A stretch of DNA of 64,000 bases from Candidatus Aenigmatarchaeota archaeon. Lineage in GTDB: Archaea; Aenigmatarchaeota; Aenigmatarchaeia; CG10238-14; SCSR01. The stretch lies in contig JAVZHQ010000002.1 of NCBI GenBank assembly GCA_038998335.1, forward strand, positions 74,689 through 138,688, in the 5' to 3' direction. The position numbers and the translations under genes were made by a program. Under the pieces are notes generated by a model. That model worked only from the letters and a program-made list of their open reading frames with translations, ran no database searches and was not told where the DNA came from. This document shows positions 29,827 through 40,710 of the stretch, one piece after another; positions within the stretch are counted from its first letter, which is position 1; each line of letters opens with the position of its first letter.

Positions 29827-31251
29827 ATGAAAAAGTTAATCTTCTTTATTACCATAGCACTACTCTTGCTAGCTAAGTCAGCTTTTGCCCAAGATTTAGA
29901 GCTTTACTTTGAAACTGCGCAATTAAAAATGTACGCAGGAAAATCTGGCTCGATAGAAGTAACTGTTTTTAACAACCAAAACTTTACTGACACTTTTTCT
30001 TTGACTATATGGCCTACGCAATTTGCTGATGTTCTAACATCCATAGAAAACCCTAACTTGAGAATAAACGCAAAAAGTAACGCAAGCACAAAAATTTATT
30101 TTTTTGCTCCTGAGTGTGCAGACGAATCTACGATCCAATTTGAAATCACAGCAAGTTCTACAACTACAAACGTTTCAAAAGCAAAGAATATTTTGCTTAC
30201 TGTTTTAAGAACTTTCATAGTTTGCATTTCTGATTTCAAACTTGATAAGTATGGTGAAATCGACCCAAACGAATCTTTAAAGATAACAACATACCTTACA
30301 AATCCAACTTATAAAGTATCGCCCCAATTTTTTGTTCAGACTAACATTAAGTTTGAAAACAGAACTATTGAAAGTTTTGACGAAACCATCCAACCAATGG
30401 CACAAAAGTCAACAAAAATTTTGAGTTTGACCTATAATTTTAGTGAGTACGCAAGTCCAGGAATATATAGAATAGAGGTTTTGCTTAAAGATGAATTAAA
30501 CAATCTAGTAACAAAAAAAGAAGAAACAATTAGGATAAAAATAGTAAACAAAACTTCTACTCAAAGCTGGACTGACATAGGAATTCTTTCTGCAGTAACA
30601 ACAGTAAAAATAAAAAACGAGGGAAACGTGCCAGTCCCTATAAAAATAACAACTTCAATTCCAAGCTTTATTAAAAATCTTTTCTTCCCAGAAATTCAAC
30701 CTACTAGCGAGAAAGCACAAGATGGATGGATAGAATATGAATGGAATTTTGAAAACGTTAAGCCAGGAGAAGAAGTTACAATAAGGTATGAAATAAAGCT
30801 TCTTTATGTTTGGCTTTTCTGCTTGGGAGTAGTGATTGTGGTAATTCTTGCTTTTAAGTTTGTTTATGGTCCTACTGTTGTTAAGAAATACAAACCAATA
30901 GTTCCAACCTTAGGAAAAGAAATTACTATTGCCTTAGAGGTTAAGAATAGGAGCAGACATGAAATAGAAAACATTGAAATTAAAGACTTTGTTCCTACAT
31001 TGTTTGAGGTTAGTGGGAAGTTTGACACTGTTAGACCAGATTCAATTAAAAAAATTAAAGGTGGAACAGTATTAACATGGAAATTTGCCTCACTTAAACC
31101 ACTAGAAGAAAGAGTTTTAACTTACAAGATTAAACCAAAGATGGAAATAAGTGGAACTTTTAAATTGCCGAATGCTTATATGAAATACTTGGATAAGAAA
31201 AAAGAAGTTAAAAGTATAGTTTCCAAATCTATTTTAATCAAACCAGAATAA
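29827..31251 (+). CDS. membrane-anchored multi-Ig-domain cell surface protein
   Basis: signal peptide, repeated beta-sandwich motifs (KNEGN, PGEE), internal TM. Confidence 0.75.
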   Translation: MKKLIFFITIALLLLAKSAFAQDLELYFETAQLKMYAGKSGSIEVTVFNNQNFTDTFSLTIWPTQFADVLTSIENPNLRINAKSNASTKIYFFAPECADESTIQFEITASSTTTNVSKAKNILLTVLRTFIVCISDFKLDKYGEIDPNESLKITTYLTNPTYKVSPQFFVQTNIKFENRTIESFDETIQPMAQKSTKILSLTYNFSEYASPGIYRIEVLLKDELNNLVTKKEETIRIKIVNKTSTQSWTDIGILSAVTTVKIKNEGNVPVPIKITTSIPSFIKNLFFPEIQPTSEKAQDGWIEYEWNFENVKPGEEVTIRYEIKLLYVWLFCLGVVIVVILAFKFVYGPTVVKKYKPIVPTLGKEITIALEVKNRSRHEIENIEIKDFVPTLFEVSGKFDTVRPDSIKKIKGGTVLTWKFASLKPLEERVLTYKIKPKMEISGTFKLPNAYMKYLDKKKEVKSIVSKSILIKPE

Positions 31252-31285
31252 GATTTAAAAAATCTTGTTGCAATTTTTTATATAT

Positions 31286-31399
31286 CCCCGCTTAGCTCAA
31301 CGGTAGAGCGACCGGCTGTAGGCGAGCGCTTTGGCGCCTGCTAGTAGCCATCGCTCGGTTAATACCGGTAGGTTGGGAGTTCAACTCTCCCAGCGGGGA
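31286..31399 (+). tRNA. tRNA-Tyr (GTA) with 42-nt intron at 37/38 (31322-31363)
   Basis: C1-G72 acceptor CCCCGCT/AGCGGGG, ACCGG-CTGTAG[intron]A-CCGGT, GGGAG-TTCAACT-CTCCC. Confidence 0.88.
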
Positions 31400-31469
31400 C
31401 TATTATTTTTAAGGTACAAAAACCAAAAACTTTAAAAGTTTTTAAATTCCAAATATCATAAATATATTC

Positions 31470-31585
31470 GTTGGCGGCCAAAGCGGGGAGGAAACATCTG
31501 TTCCCATTCCGAACACAGTAATTAAGCTCCCCAGCGATCTGGGTTGTACTTTCCGAAAGGAAGGGAACTCCAGGACGCCGCCAAC
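31470..31585 (+). rRNA. rrf: 5S rRNA, stand-alone
   Basis: GTTGGCGGC/GCCGCCAAC terminal helix; conserved CCCATTCCGAAAC-like loop CCCATTCCGAACAC..TAAGC. Confidence 0.92.
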
Positions 31586-31660
31586 AATTTAAATTGGTGT
31601 CTGTATTAAAAGAAAAATAGAGAATGATGACTTTTCCTTAGAATTCAATGAGATAAGAAT

Positions 31661-31746
31661 GCCTCGGTGGTGTAGGGGCCTAATGGATAGGCTAAGCATA
31701 CGAGCCTGTCACGCTCGTGACACGGGTTCAAATCCCGTCCGAGGCG
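31661..31746 (+). tRNA. tRNA-Asp (GTC) with 13-nt D-arm intron at 21/22 (31683-31695)
   Basis: GCCTCGG/CCGAGGC acceptor, CGAGC-CTGTCAC-GCTCG, oversized D loop resolved by BHB GGCC/GGCT. Confidence 0.9.
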
Positions 31747-31758
31747 TATGGTGAAAAT

Positions 31759-31995
31759 ATGGAATTTGAAATAGAAAACCATAGGCTTGTACCAAAACAT
31801 ATTTTATTAAACGAAAAAGAGAAAGAAGAACTTTTGAGAAAGTACGGCATAACGCTTAAAGAACTACCAAGGATTTTATCTTCAGACCCTATGGTAAAAG
31901 CTTTAAACGCAAAAGTAGGAGATGTCATTAAAATTATAAGGAAGAGCCCTACTGCTGAGGCAACTGAATATTATAGGGTAGTTGTAAAGGGGTGA
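31759..31995 (+). CDS. rpoH: RNA polymerase subunit Rpo5 (H)
   Basis: [35 protein letters not shown] before ATG 31759. Confidence 0.96.
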   Translation: MEFEIENHRLVPKHILLNEKEKEELLRKYGITLKELPRILSSDPMVKALNAKVGDVIKIIRKSPTAEATEYYRVVVKG

Positions 31996-31999
31996 ACTC

Positions 32000-33478
32000 T
32001 TGAACGAAACCTTCCTTACACTTTTAGATGTTTTCACCAACGAAAAAGGTTTTGTAAGATTCCAGATAGATTCATACAACGACTTTATAACAAGAAGAAT
32101 ACCAAAAGTACTTTCAGAGATAGGAGTAATTAAACCAGAAGTTCCTGAGCTTGGTGAGTTTAAGATAAAGCTTGGTGAGTTTAAGATAGGGGAACCAACA
32201 GTTAAAGAAGCTGATGGTTCAACTAGGCCGATATTGCCGATGGAAGCTAGAATAAGAAACCTTACTTATGCTGCTCCTATGTACGTTGAAATGACACCAA
32301 TTCTAAATAATATAGAAAGTGAAAGTGTTGTTGTTAATTTTGGCGATATGCCTGTAATGGTAAAATCAAAAATTTGTCCTTTGTCTTTCATGTCAAAACA
32401 AGAACTTATAGAAGCCGGAGAAGACCCAGAAGACCCAGGAGGATATTTTATAATCAACGGAACGGAGAGAATTCTAGTACTAGTTGAAGAAATTGCTCCA
32501 AACAGAATAATTGTCTCAAAAGTTGATACAGGAAACATTTCAGAAATTGCAAGAATTCACTCTGAAAAAGATGGTTATGTTCAAAGACATTTACTTGAGA
32601 GAAAAAATGATGGTTTAATATTTATCAGTTTTGCCAATATAACAAGGCTTCCTCTTGTTATCCTTCTGAAGGCATTAGGCTTGGAGTCTGACAGAGATAT
32701 AGTAACTGCTATTTCTACCGATTCAGAAGTTCAGGAAGAATTTTATGTTAATCTCTACGAAGCTGGAATTTCTACAAGAAACGAGGCTTTAGATGAAATA
32801 GGAAAACACTTAAAAATACCTCAAAAAGAGTACAGGATAGATAGAGCAACAAAGTTAATAGACAAATACTTACTTCCTCACTTAGGCCAAAATCCTGAGA
32901 ACAGAATGGAAAAAGCTGTTTTCCTGGCAAAAGCTGCTGGCAAGCTTATCAAGTTGCATTTAGGAAAAATTGAAGAAGACGATTTAGACCATTATTCAAA
33001 CAAAAGAATCAGATTAGCTGGTGATTTGCTAGAGATTTTACTTAGGTCTATACTGCTTGGAAAATGGGGATTAATAACAAGAATTACTTACAATTATCAA
33101 AAATTAACAAAAAGAGGTAGACTACCTCCTTTGCAGGCAATAGTAGAATCTAATGTTTTAACAAACCAGATCGTTTCTGCTTTAGCAATAGGTTCATGGG
33201 TTGGTGGAAGAACTGGAGTAAGCCAAAGGTTAGAAAGGGGCAGCTATATAAAAACTTTATCTCACATGAGAAACGTGCTTTCACCTCTAACTTCAACTCA
33301 AGAGCATTTCGAAGCAAGAGAGCTTCATCCTACTCATTGGGGCAAGCTATGCACAAGCGAAACACCAGAAGGTGCAACGATAGGATTAAGGAAGTACTTA
33401 GCTTTAATGGCTGAAGTAACTAGTGGCTTAGGCGAAAAGGAAAGAAAAGCTGTTCTGAATATAATAAAAGGTGGTTGA
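32000..33478 (+). CDS. rpoB2: RNA polymerase subunit Rpo2N (B'')
   Basis: EARIRNLTY, DPGGYFIINGTE, ETPEG. Confidence 0.96.
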   Translation: MNETFLTLLDVFTNEKGFVRFQIDSYNDFITRRIPKVLSEIGVIKPEVPELGEFKIKLGEFKIGEPTVKEADGSTRPILPMEARIRNLTYAAPMYVEMTPILNNIESESVVVNFGDMPVMVKSKICPLSFMSKQELIEAGEDPEDPGGYFIINGTERILVLVEEIAPNRIIVSKVDTGNISEIARIHSEKDGYVQRHLLERKNDGLIFISFANITRLPLVILLKALGLESDRDIVTAISTDSEVQEEFYVNLYEAGISTRNEALDEIGKHLKIPQKEYRIDRATKLIDKYLLPHLGQNPENRMEKAVFLAKAAGKLIKLHLGKIEEDDLDHYSNKRIRLAGDLLEILLRSILLGKWGLITRITYNYQKLTKRGRLPPLQAIVESNVLTNQIVSALAIGSWVGGRTGVSQRLERGSYIKTLSHMRNVLSPLTSTQEHFEARELHPTHWGKLCTSETPEGATIGLRKYLALMAEVTSGLGEKERKAVLNIIKGG

Positions 33479-35275
33479 ATGACTGACATATTTTTAGACG
33501 GAAAATATGTTGGTTCTACTAACGAACCAGAAAAGTTAGTTGAAAAAATCAGAAATGAAAGAAGAAACGGACTTATTTCAAGTCAAGTTAACGTTGTTTA
33601 TTATAAAGAGCATGATGAGATAAGAATTTTAACAGACCCTGGAAGAGTAAGAAGACCTTTAATAATTGTAGAAAATGGAAAACCAAAACTAACCCAAGAA
33701 CATATAGAGAAGTTAAAGAAAGGTGAAATGAAATGGGACGATTTACTTAAAAATGGAATTATCGAATATTTGGACGCAGAAGAAGAAGAAAATGCCTACA
33801 TAGCTCTTAAACCAGAAGAGTTAACATCAGAGCATACTCACTTAGAGCTAGATTCTTCTTTGATTCTTGGCCTTTCTGCTTCTTTTATTCCATATCCAGA
33901 GTTTAACAGAGGTGATAGAGTAAACTATGGAGCAAAAATGATTGGTCAGTCGATTGGTCTATTTATAACAAATTATCTTAGCAGAGTAGACACAAAATCC
34001 AACTTTATGATTTATCCTCAAGTTCCAATTGTTCAAACTTATGCTCATAAAATTATAAACTATGAAAAGCATCCAAGTGGAAGTAATGTTATAGTTGCTA
34101 TTGCTTCTTTCCAAGGTTACAACATGGAAGATGCTATTGTTATAAATGCTAGTTCATTACAAAGAGGTTTGTTCTGGTCCTATATGCTCAGAACTTATGA
34201 AGCTGAACAGAAGAGATACATGGGAGGACAAGAAGATATAATAGGTATTCCTGAACCAGGAGTAAGAGGATATGCAGGTGAAGATGCTTACAAACATTTG
34301 CCAGAAGACGGGATAGTTAATCCTGAAACTCTTGTTAATTCAGATGATGTTCTTATAGGAAGAGTTTCACCATTAAGATTTTTAGGTTCAATGGACCAAT
34401 TCGTCACAGGAATAGAAAATATAAGAGAAACTTCTGTTAGACTAAGACATGGAGATTCAGGAATCGTTGATAGAGTATTTTTAACTGAAACAGTAGACGG
34501 AACCAAACTCGTAAAAGTTGTGGTTAGAGACTTGAAAATTCCAGAAATAGGTGATAAGTTTGCAAGCAGGCATGGACAGAAAGGGGTTATTGGATTAATA
34601 CTTCCTCAAGAAGATATGCCATTTACAGAGGATGGAATAGTTCCTGATATAATTTTCAACCCGCATGGAATACCTTCAAGAATGACTATGGGGCAGCTTT
34701 TAGAAATTATCGCAGGAAAAGTTGGCGCACTTTCTGGAAGGTATATTTTCTCCCCACCATTTAACCCAACACCAGAAAAAGAATTAAGAAGTATGTTAGA
34801 AGCTTATGGTTTTAGAAATGATGGAAAAGAGACTATGTACGACGGAATAACAGGAAAGAAATTTGAAGCACAAATTTTTATAGGCAGTTGCTTTTACCAA
34901 AAATTGGACCATCTAGTTTCAAACAAAATCCATGCAAGGTCAAGAGGACCTGTCACATTATTAACCAAACAACCAACAGAAGGAAGGAGCAAGGAAGGAG
35001 GTTTAAGATTAGGAGAGATGGAAAAAGATTGCTTAATTGCGCATGGCGCAGCGCTTGCTTTAAAAGAAAGGTTTGACTCTGATAAAACTACTGTATCTGT
35101 TTGTAGTGAGTGCGGTTTAGTTGCAATATTTGACAGAATAAAAAACAGAAAGTACTGCCCTGTTTGTAAAGAATCAAAAATTATTGATGTTGAAATGAGC
35201 TACGCCTTTAAACTAATGTTAGATGAACTTAAAAGCATGCTTATATATCCAAGAATTGTTGTAAAGGAGGAGTAA
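33479..35275 (+). CDS. rpoB1: RNA polymerase subunit Rpo2C (B')
   Basis: GYNMED, GDKFASRHGQKG, GGLRLGEME. Confidence 0.96.
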   Translation: MTDIFLDGKYVGSTNEPEKLVEKIRNERRNGLISSQVNVVYYKEHDEIRILTDPGRVRRPLIIVENGKPKLTQEHIEKLKKGEMKWDDLLKNGIIEYLDAEEEENAYIALKPEELTSEHTHLELDSSLILGLSASFIPYPEFNRGDRVNYGAKMIGQSIGLFITNYLSRVDTKSNFMIYPQVPIVQTYAHKIINYEKHPSGSNVIVAIASFQGYNMEDAIVINASSLQRGLFWSYMLRTYEAEQKRYMGGQEDIIGIPEPGVRGYAGEDAYKHLPEDGIVNPETLVNSDDVLIGRVSPLRFLGSMDQFVTGIENIRETSVRLRHGDSGIVDRVFLTETVDGTKLVKVVVRDLKIPEIGDKFASRHGQKGVIGLILPQEDMPFTEDGIVPDIIFNPHGIPSRMTMGQLLEIIAGKVGALSGRYIFSPPFNPTPEKELRSMLEAYGFRNDGKETMYDGITGKKFEAQIFIGSCFYQKLDHLVSNKIHARSRGPVTLLTKQPTEGRSKEGGLRLGEMEKDCLIAHGAALALKERFDSDKTTVSVCSECGLVAIFDRIKNRKYCPVCKESKIIDVEMSYAFKLMLDELKSMLIYPRIVVKEE

Positions 35276-35276
35276 A

Positions 35277-37808
35277 ATGCAAGTTGACAGAATAGAGTTC
35301 TCAATTTTGAGTCCAGAAATGATTAAAAAAATGAGTGTAGCAAAAATTACAAAAACTGAGCTTTACGATCAAGAAGGTTATCCGATAGAAGGAGGCCTAA
35401 TGGACCCAAGGTTGGGAGTTGTTGATCCTGGAATAAGATGTAGAACATGCGGAGGAAGTGTTGGAGAATGCCACGGACATTTTGGTTATCTTGAGCTTAC
35501 TCGTCCAGTAGTTCACGTACATTATGCAAAAATAATTTTAAGCCTTTTGAAAGTTTGTTGTAAAAAGTGCGGAAGAGTTTTGATAGCAGAAAAAGATGTA
35601 CAAAAGATAAAAACCAAAAAAGTACCTTTTAAAGAGATAGTAAAACTTGCAAAGAAAAAATGCCCTTACTGTAATGCTGAACAAGGAAAGATAAAGTTCA
35701 TCAAACCTTATACTTTTCTTGAAGATAATGAAATTTTGAACCCCATAAAATTAAGAGAAAGACTTGAGAAAATTCCTAGCGAAGATCTTGAGCTTTTAGG
35801 ATTTAAAGGTATGCGTCCAGAATGGCTTATCTTAACGCTTTTGCCCATTCCACCAGTTACTGTTAGGCCATCTATAACACTGGAAACAGGAGAAAGGTCT
35901 GAAGATGATTTAACTCACAAGCTTGTTGATATAGTAAGAATTAACGAAAGGTTAAAAGAAAATATAGATTTAGGAGCGCCAGATTTTATTATCGAAGACC
36001 TTTGGGAGCTTTTGCAGTACCATGTTGCAACCTTTTTTGATAATGAAATAACTGGTGTTCCGCCAGCAAGGCATCGCTCTGGAAGAGTTCTCAAAACTCT
36101 TTCTCAAAGACTTAAGACAAAAGAAGGAAGGTTTAGAGGGAATTTAGCAGGCAAGAGAGTTAATTTCTCGGCAAGAACTGTTATAAGTCCAGATTCTATG
36201 ATAGATATAGATGAGGTGGGTGTTCCTGAAATTGTTGCTAAAGAATTGACTATTCCTGTAAGAGTGAATGAAAAAAATATAGAGGAGATGAGAAGACTAG
36301 TTCTCAACGGAACAAACTGGCCTGGAGCAAATTATGTGATAAGACCTGACGGAAGAAGAAAGAAAGTGACAAACGAAAATAAGGAAGATTTAGCTAAAGA
36401 ATTAGCTCCTGGCTATATTGTAGAAAGGCACATAAGAGATGGTGATATAGCACTTTTCAACAGACAACCAAGTTTGCATAGAATGAGCCTTATGGCCCAT
36501 AGAGTAAGGGTAATGCCATTCAAAACTTTTAGACTTAACTTATGTTCTTGCCCTCCTTATAATGCAGATTTTGACGGAGATGAGATGAATTTGCATATAC
36601 CTCAAACAGAAGAGGCTCAAGTTGAAGCGCAAGAATTGATGATAGTCCCAAAACACATGAGAAGTCCAAGATTTTCTGGGCCAATAATAGGGGCAGTAAA
36701 AGATCATATTACTGGATTATACTTGCTAACTCATGGAAATAAGAAGTTTAAGAGAGAAGAGTTTGTACAACTCATAAGAGCTGTTGACCAAGAAATAGAA
36801 ATACCTGAAAAGGAGTACATGAGTGGAAAAGAAATATTCAGCCTTTTCTTACCAAAAGACTTTTCCATAGAGCATAAAGCAAAATGCTGTAAAGGATGTG
36901 AAAAATGTTTGAAAGAAAAATGTCCTTATGATGCTTATGTTGTTATAAAAAATGGAAAATTAATTTGTGGTACCATAGATAAAGCTGCTGTCGGCGACGA
37001 AGATGGAAAAGTTATAGATAAAATGGAAAAGGAATATGGGGCTATGTTCTTGAAGAAGTTCTTGTTCAACATAACCAGACTTTCTATTCAAGTTCTAATG
37101 AATTCTGGTTTTTCCTTAAGTATTTCAGATCAAGACCTAACAGAAGAAGAGACTAGAGAAATTAAAAAAGTTTTAGATAATGTAAGAAGAGAAGTTGATG
37201 AACTTATAGAAGCCTACGAAAAAGGAGAAATTAGAATTCTTGCCGGAAGAACCCCAAAAGAAAGTTTGGAGCATTTGATTAAAATAAAGTTAAGAAATGG
37301 GTTGAACGAAGTAGGAAAAATATTGGCTGAAAGGGCAAAAGAAAATCCAACAATAATAATGGCAAAAAGTGGGGCAAGAGGAAGTCTGGTAAATCTTGTA
37401 CAGACTGCTGCAGTTATAGGACAGGAAACTGTTATGGGAGAAAGAATGGAAAGAGGTTACCAAGAAAGAACTTTCCCACATTTCAAAAGAGGCGATGTGA
37501 GCCTAGAGGCAAAAGGGTTTGTTGGTAGGGGATTTAGAAGCGGTTTAACTCCTTTTGAATTTTTCTTTGACGCAATAAACAGTAGAGAATCTTTGATGGA
37601 TAAATCGCTCAAAACAAGACATTCGGGTTATATGGAAAGAAGATTAGTAGGAGCTTTACAAGATTTGAAAGTTGAGTATGACGGAAGTGTAAGAGATAGT
37701 GCCAAAAGAATTGTTCAATTCTTACCCGGAGAAGACGGGCTTGATCCTTCAAAAATTAAAAAGGTTGGTATAGATGTTAGAGGAATTGCAGAAAAATTAT
37801 TTGGATGA
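35277..37808 (+). CDS. rpoA1: RNA polymerase subunit Rpo1N (A')
   Basis: NADFDGD catalytic motif, NRQPSLH. Confidence 0.97.
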   Translation: MQVDRIEFSILSPEMIKKMSVAKITKTELYDQEGYPIEGGLMDPRLGVVDPGIRCRTCGGSVGECHGHFGYLELTRPVVHVHYAKIILSLLKVCCKKCGRVLIAEKDVQKIKTKKVPFKEIVKLAKKKCPYCNAEQGKIKFIKPYTFLEDNEILNPIKLRERLEKIPSEDLELLGFKGMRPEWLILTLLPIPPVTVRPSITLETGERSEDDLTHKLVDIVRINERLKENIDLGAPDFIIEDLWELLQYHVATFFDNEITGVPPARHRSGRVLKTLSQRLKTKEGRFRGNLAGKRVNFSARTVISPDSMIDIDEVGVPEIVAKELTIPVRVNEKNIEEMRRLVLNGTNWPGANYVIRPDGRRKKVTNENKEDLAKELAPGYIVERHIRDGDIALFNRQPSLHRMSLMAHRVRVMPFKTFRLNLCSCPPYNADFDGDEMNLHIPQTEEAQVEAQELMIVPKHMRSPRFSGPIIGAVKDHITGLYLLTHGNKKFKREEFVQLIRAVDQEIEIPEKEYMSGKEIFSLFLPKDFSIEHKAKCCKGCEKCLKEKCPYDAYVVIKNGKLICGTIDKAAVGDEDGKVIDKMEKEYGAMFLKKFLFNITRLSIQVLMNSGFSLSISDQDLTEEETREIKKVLDNVRREVDELIEAYEKGEIRILAGRTPKESLEHLIKIKLRNGLNEVGKILAERAKENPTIIMAKSGARGSLVNLVQTAAVIGQETVMGERMERGYQERTFPHFKRGDVSLEAKGFVGRGFRSGLTPFEFFFDAINSRESLMDKSLKTRHSGYMERRLVGALQDLKVEYDGSVRDSAKRIVQFLPGEDGLDPSKIKKVGIDVRGIAEKLFG

Positions 37809-38907
37809 AATAGTTTTACCTAAGAGAATTGTTAAAGAGATAGAAGAAGTTGCTAAAGAGAAAAAGCTAACAAAAGAACAACTAAAAAAATTGGAAGAAG
37901 AAGTAAAGAAAGAATATTTAAGATCAAGGTTTGAACCAGGTGAAGCAATAGGTATAATTGCTGCTCAAAGCATATCTGAACCAGCTACTCAAATGACAAT
38001 GAGAACTTATCACTTTGCTGGCTCTGCAGGTATAAAAGTTACTTATGGGTTACCTCGTCTAATTGAAATTTTTGACGCAAAGAAAAATCCAGAAACACCT
38101 ATGATGACAATTTACCTTAAAAAAGAATTTAATAACAGAGAAGATGCAAAAAAAGTTGCAGAAAAAATCTTGGAGAAAAAAGTCCTTAAGCTAATGAAAA
38201 GAGCTTCTATAGACTTAAGCGAAGGGTTAATAGAAATTGAACCAATAGATTTAAGAAAAATAAGCTCTATTGCTGAAGCTATAAAAGAAAATTTCAAAGA
38301 TTTAAAAGTTCAAGTGAAAAAAGATGCAATAGTAATTAAACCAAAAAAAGAGATTGAGATAAGGGAATTGCAAAGAATAAGGGAAAAGATATTAAACACT
38401 AGAGTTAGTGGAATTGAAGGCATTTCTAACGTGGTTGTTAGAAGAGAGGGTGATGACTGGATTATTAACACTATAGGTTCTAATTTGGAAGAAGTCCTTA
38501 AAATAAAGGAAGTTGATAGCACAAGAACTATTACTAATGACATTTATGAAACTGCGAGAGTTTTAGGAATAGAAGCTGCAAGGAACTTAATAATAAACGA
38601 AGCACAAAAAACTTTGGAAGAACAAGGTTTAAATGTTGATGTTCGTCACTTAATGCTTGTGGGAGATATAATGACAAGAAGTGGAACGATAAAACCAATA
38701 GGAAGGTATGGAGTTGCTGGTGCAAAATCTTCAATCCTAGCAAGAGCAGCTTTTGAAGAGACTATTAAACATTTGGTTAAAGCTTCTGTTAGAAATGAAG
38801 TTGATAGTTTCCAAGGAATTTTCGAAAATGTTATGATTGGACAAGTAGTTCCAGCAGGAACTGGAATGTTTGAGCTAGTGGCAAGGTTTGAAGAGGAAGA
38901 AAAATGA
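37774..38907 (+). CDS. rpoA2: RNA polymerase subunit Rpo1C (A'')
   Basis: [30 protein letters not shown]. Confidence 0.96.
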   Translation: MLEELQKNYLDEIVLPKRIVKEIEEVAKEKKLTKEQLKKLEEEVKKEYLRSRFEPGEAIGIIAAQSISEPATQMTMRTYHFAGSAGIKVTYGLPRLIEIFDAKKNPETPMMTIYLKKEFNNREDAKKVAEKILEKKVLKLMKRASIDLSEGLIEIEPIDLRKISSIAEAIKENFKDLKVQVKKDAIVIKPKKEIEIRELQRIREKILNTRVSGIEGISNVVVRREGDDWIINTIGSNLEEVLKIKEVDSTRTITNDIYETARVLGIEAARNLIINEAQKTLEEQGLNVDVRHLMLVGDIMTRSGTIKPIGRYGVAGAKSSILARAAFEETIKHLVKASVRNEVDSFQGIFENVMIGQVVPAGTGMFELVARFEEEEK

Positions 38908-39164
38908 GCCTAGCAAAAACAATTCAAGACGCAATAAAAAGTAAAAAAGCAATAATAGGTTATAGAGAATCGATTAAATATTTGAAGTTAAACAAAGCAG
39001 AATTAATTATACTGGCAGAAAATTCACCAGAAAAGATAAAAAAAGAAATTGAACATATAGCAAAAATTGCAAACATTAAACTAGAAACTGTTAAAGAGAG
39101 TAAAGAATTAGGAGTTATGTGTGGGAAACCATTTCCAGTAACAACTGTAGTGATTAAAGGATAA
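38904..39164 (+). CDS. rpl30e: 50S ribosomal protein L30e
   Basis: [10 protein letters not shown]; operon position. Confidence 0.92.
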   Translation: MSLAKTIQDAIKSKKAIIGYRESIKYLKLNKAELIILAENSPEKIKKEIEHIAKIANIKLETVKESKELGVMCGKPFPVTTVVIKG

Positions 39165-39166
39165 CT

Positions 39167-39589
39167 ATGAGTCTAACCTTCAACACAGAAACCATAAGAC
39201 TTATAACACTCTTTGAAAACCTTACCGGAGCTAGAGTCAAGGATTGTGTAATAGATAAAGAAAGCAACACTGTTTATTTTCTGGTAGAAGAAGGAATGAT
39301 TGGTATAGCTATAGGAAAGAATGGAAGCGTTGTTAAAAATGCAGAAAAGTTAATAGGAAAAAACATTAAAATATTTGAATTTTCAAAAGACCTGAAAACT
39401 TTTGTAAAGAAACTTATACCACAAGCTAATGAAATAAGAATAAAGAATGAAAACAACTCGATAATAGTTGAAGTAAAAGTAGACAAGAAAGAAAAGGCTT
39501 TAGTTATAGGAAGGGATGAGAAAAACTTAAAAATATTAAAGCAATTATTTCAAAGAAACCATAAAGTTAATGATTTAGTTGTAAGGTGA
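39167..39589 (+). CDS. nusA: archaeal NusA (KH-domain)
   Basis: AIGKNG and VIGRD KH motifs; operon position. Confidence 0.92.
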   Translation: MSLTFNTETIRLITLFENLTGARVKDCVIDKESNTVYFLVEEGMIGIAIGKNGSVVKNAEKLIGKNIKIFEFSKDLKTFVKKLIPQANEIRIKNENNSIIVEVKVDKKEKALVIGRDEKNLKILKQLFQRNHKVNDLVVR

Positions 39590-39593
39590 AAAA

Positions 39594-40019
39594 ATGGGAA
39601 GAGGCTTATTTGCAGCAAGGAAATTGAAAAAAACAAGAAAAAAAATGAAGTGGAAAGATATACACTACAAAAGAAGAATCTTGCAACTATGGAAAAAAGA
39701 TCCTTTGGAAGGAGCCCCCCAAGCTAGAGGAATAGTTATCGATAAGCGTGGAGTAGAGCAAAGAAAACCAGCTTCAGGATTAATTAAGGCTGTAAGAGTT
39801 CAATTACTTAAAAATAACGTTCAAGTTACTGCTCATGTTCCTGGAGAAGGAGCGATAGACATAATTAACGAGCATGATGAGGTACTTATAGAAAGTATAG
39901 GCGGTGCGCAAGGCGGGCCAAAAGGAAGTATGTGGGGAATTAAGTATAAAGTTGTTAAGGTAAACGGAGTTGCTTTAAGTGAAATTTTAGCTGGAAAGAA
40001 ACAAAAGCCTACTAGGTAA
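39594..40019 (+). CDS. rps12: 30S ribosomal protein S12
   Basis: [30 protein letters not shown]. Confidence 0.95.
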   Translation: MGRGLFAARKLKKTRKKMKWKDIHYKRRILQLWKKDPLEGAPQARGIVIDKRGVEQRKPASGLIKAVRVQLLKNNVQVTAHVPGEGAIDIINEHDEVLIESIGGAQGGPKGSMWGIKYKVVKVNGVALSEILAGKKQKPTR

Positions 40020-40024
40020 AAAAT

Positions 40025-40624
40025 ATGGAATTAAAAATTTTTGGAAAATGGAGCACAGAAGGAGTAGAAGTTAAAGACCCTGGTTTAGCAAAATACATAA
40101 ACCTCAAGCCAGTTATCGTCCCTCGCTCAGGAGGGAAGTATGCCAAACAACAATTTCATAAATCAAAAATGAATATTGTTGAAAGATTTATGAACAAACT
40201 TATGGTTCCTGGTCATAGAGGAAAAAAGCATGTTACTAGTTCTGGTCATTGTGTGGGAAAAACTTCTGTTCAGTACAAAATTGTTAAAGAAGTTTTTGAA
40301 AGAATCGAACAAATAACTAAAAAAAATCCTATAGAAGTTTTAGTCGGAGCCATAGAAAACGCTGCCTTGAGAGAAGAAATAACCTCTTATCAGCTTGGAG
40401 GAATAATCGTTAGAAGAGCTGTGGTTACAAGCCCGCAGAGAAGGGTTGATTTAGCTTTAAGAAACATAGTCCAAGCAGCTTATAGAAAAGCTTTTGGGAA
40501 GAAGGAAAATATGATTGATGCTTTGGTAAATGAAATAATTGCTGCATACAATAACGACGCTAGCAAAAGTGAAGCAATAAAGGAAAAGGAAAGGATAGAA
40601 AGGGAGGCAGAAGGTGCAAGATGA
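40025..40624 (+). CDS. rps7: 30S ribosomal protein S7
   Basis: DPGL..YI, IVER, SPQRRVDLALR. Confidence 0.95.
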   Translation: MELKIFGKWSTEGVEVKDPGLAKYINLKPVIVPRSGGKYAKQQFHKSKMNIVERFMNKLMVPGHRGKKHVTSSGHCVGKTSVQYKIVKEVFERIEQITKKNPIEVLVGAIENAALREEITSYQLGGIIVRRAVVTSPQRRVDLALRNIVQAAYRKAFGKKENMIDALVNEIIAAYNNDASKSEAIKEKERIEREAEGAR

Positions 40625-40710
40625 ATTTTTGAACCATTAATCTTTAAAACCATTTCTAAAGGATTAATAATAAATATGCGACTTTCCAAAATTTAGAAAT
40701 TAACTTAAAG

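Noticed and set aside
31717-31758. N-terminal extension of rpoH given by the ORF track
   Set aside because: Overlaps tRNA-Asp; the true start is ATG 31759 after a GGTGA SD
32148-32188. 20-nt tandem duplication AGCTTGGTGAGTTTAAGATA in rpoB''
   Set aside because: In frame (LGEFKI twice), only two copies, no splice motif; likely a local duplication with no separate function
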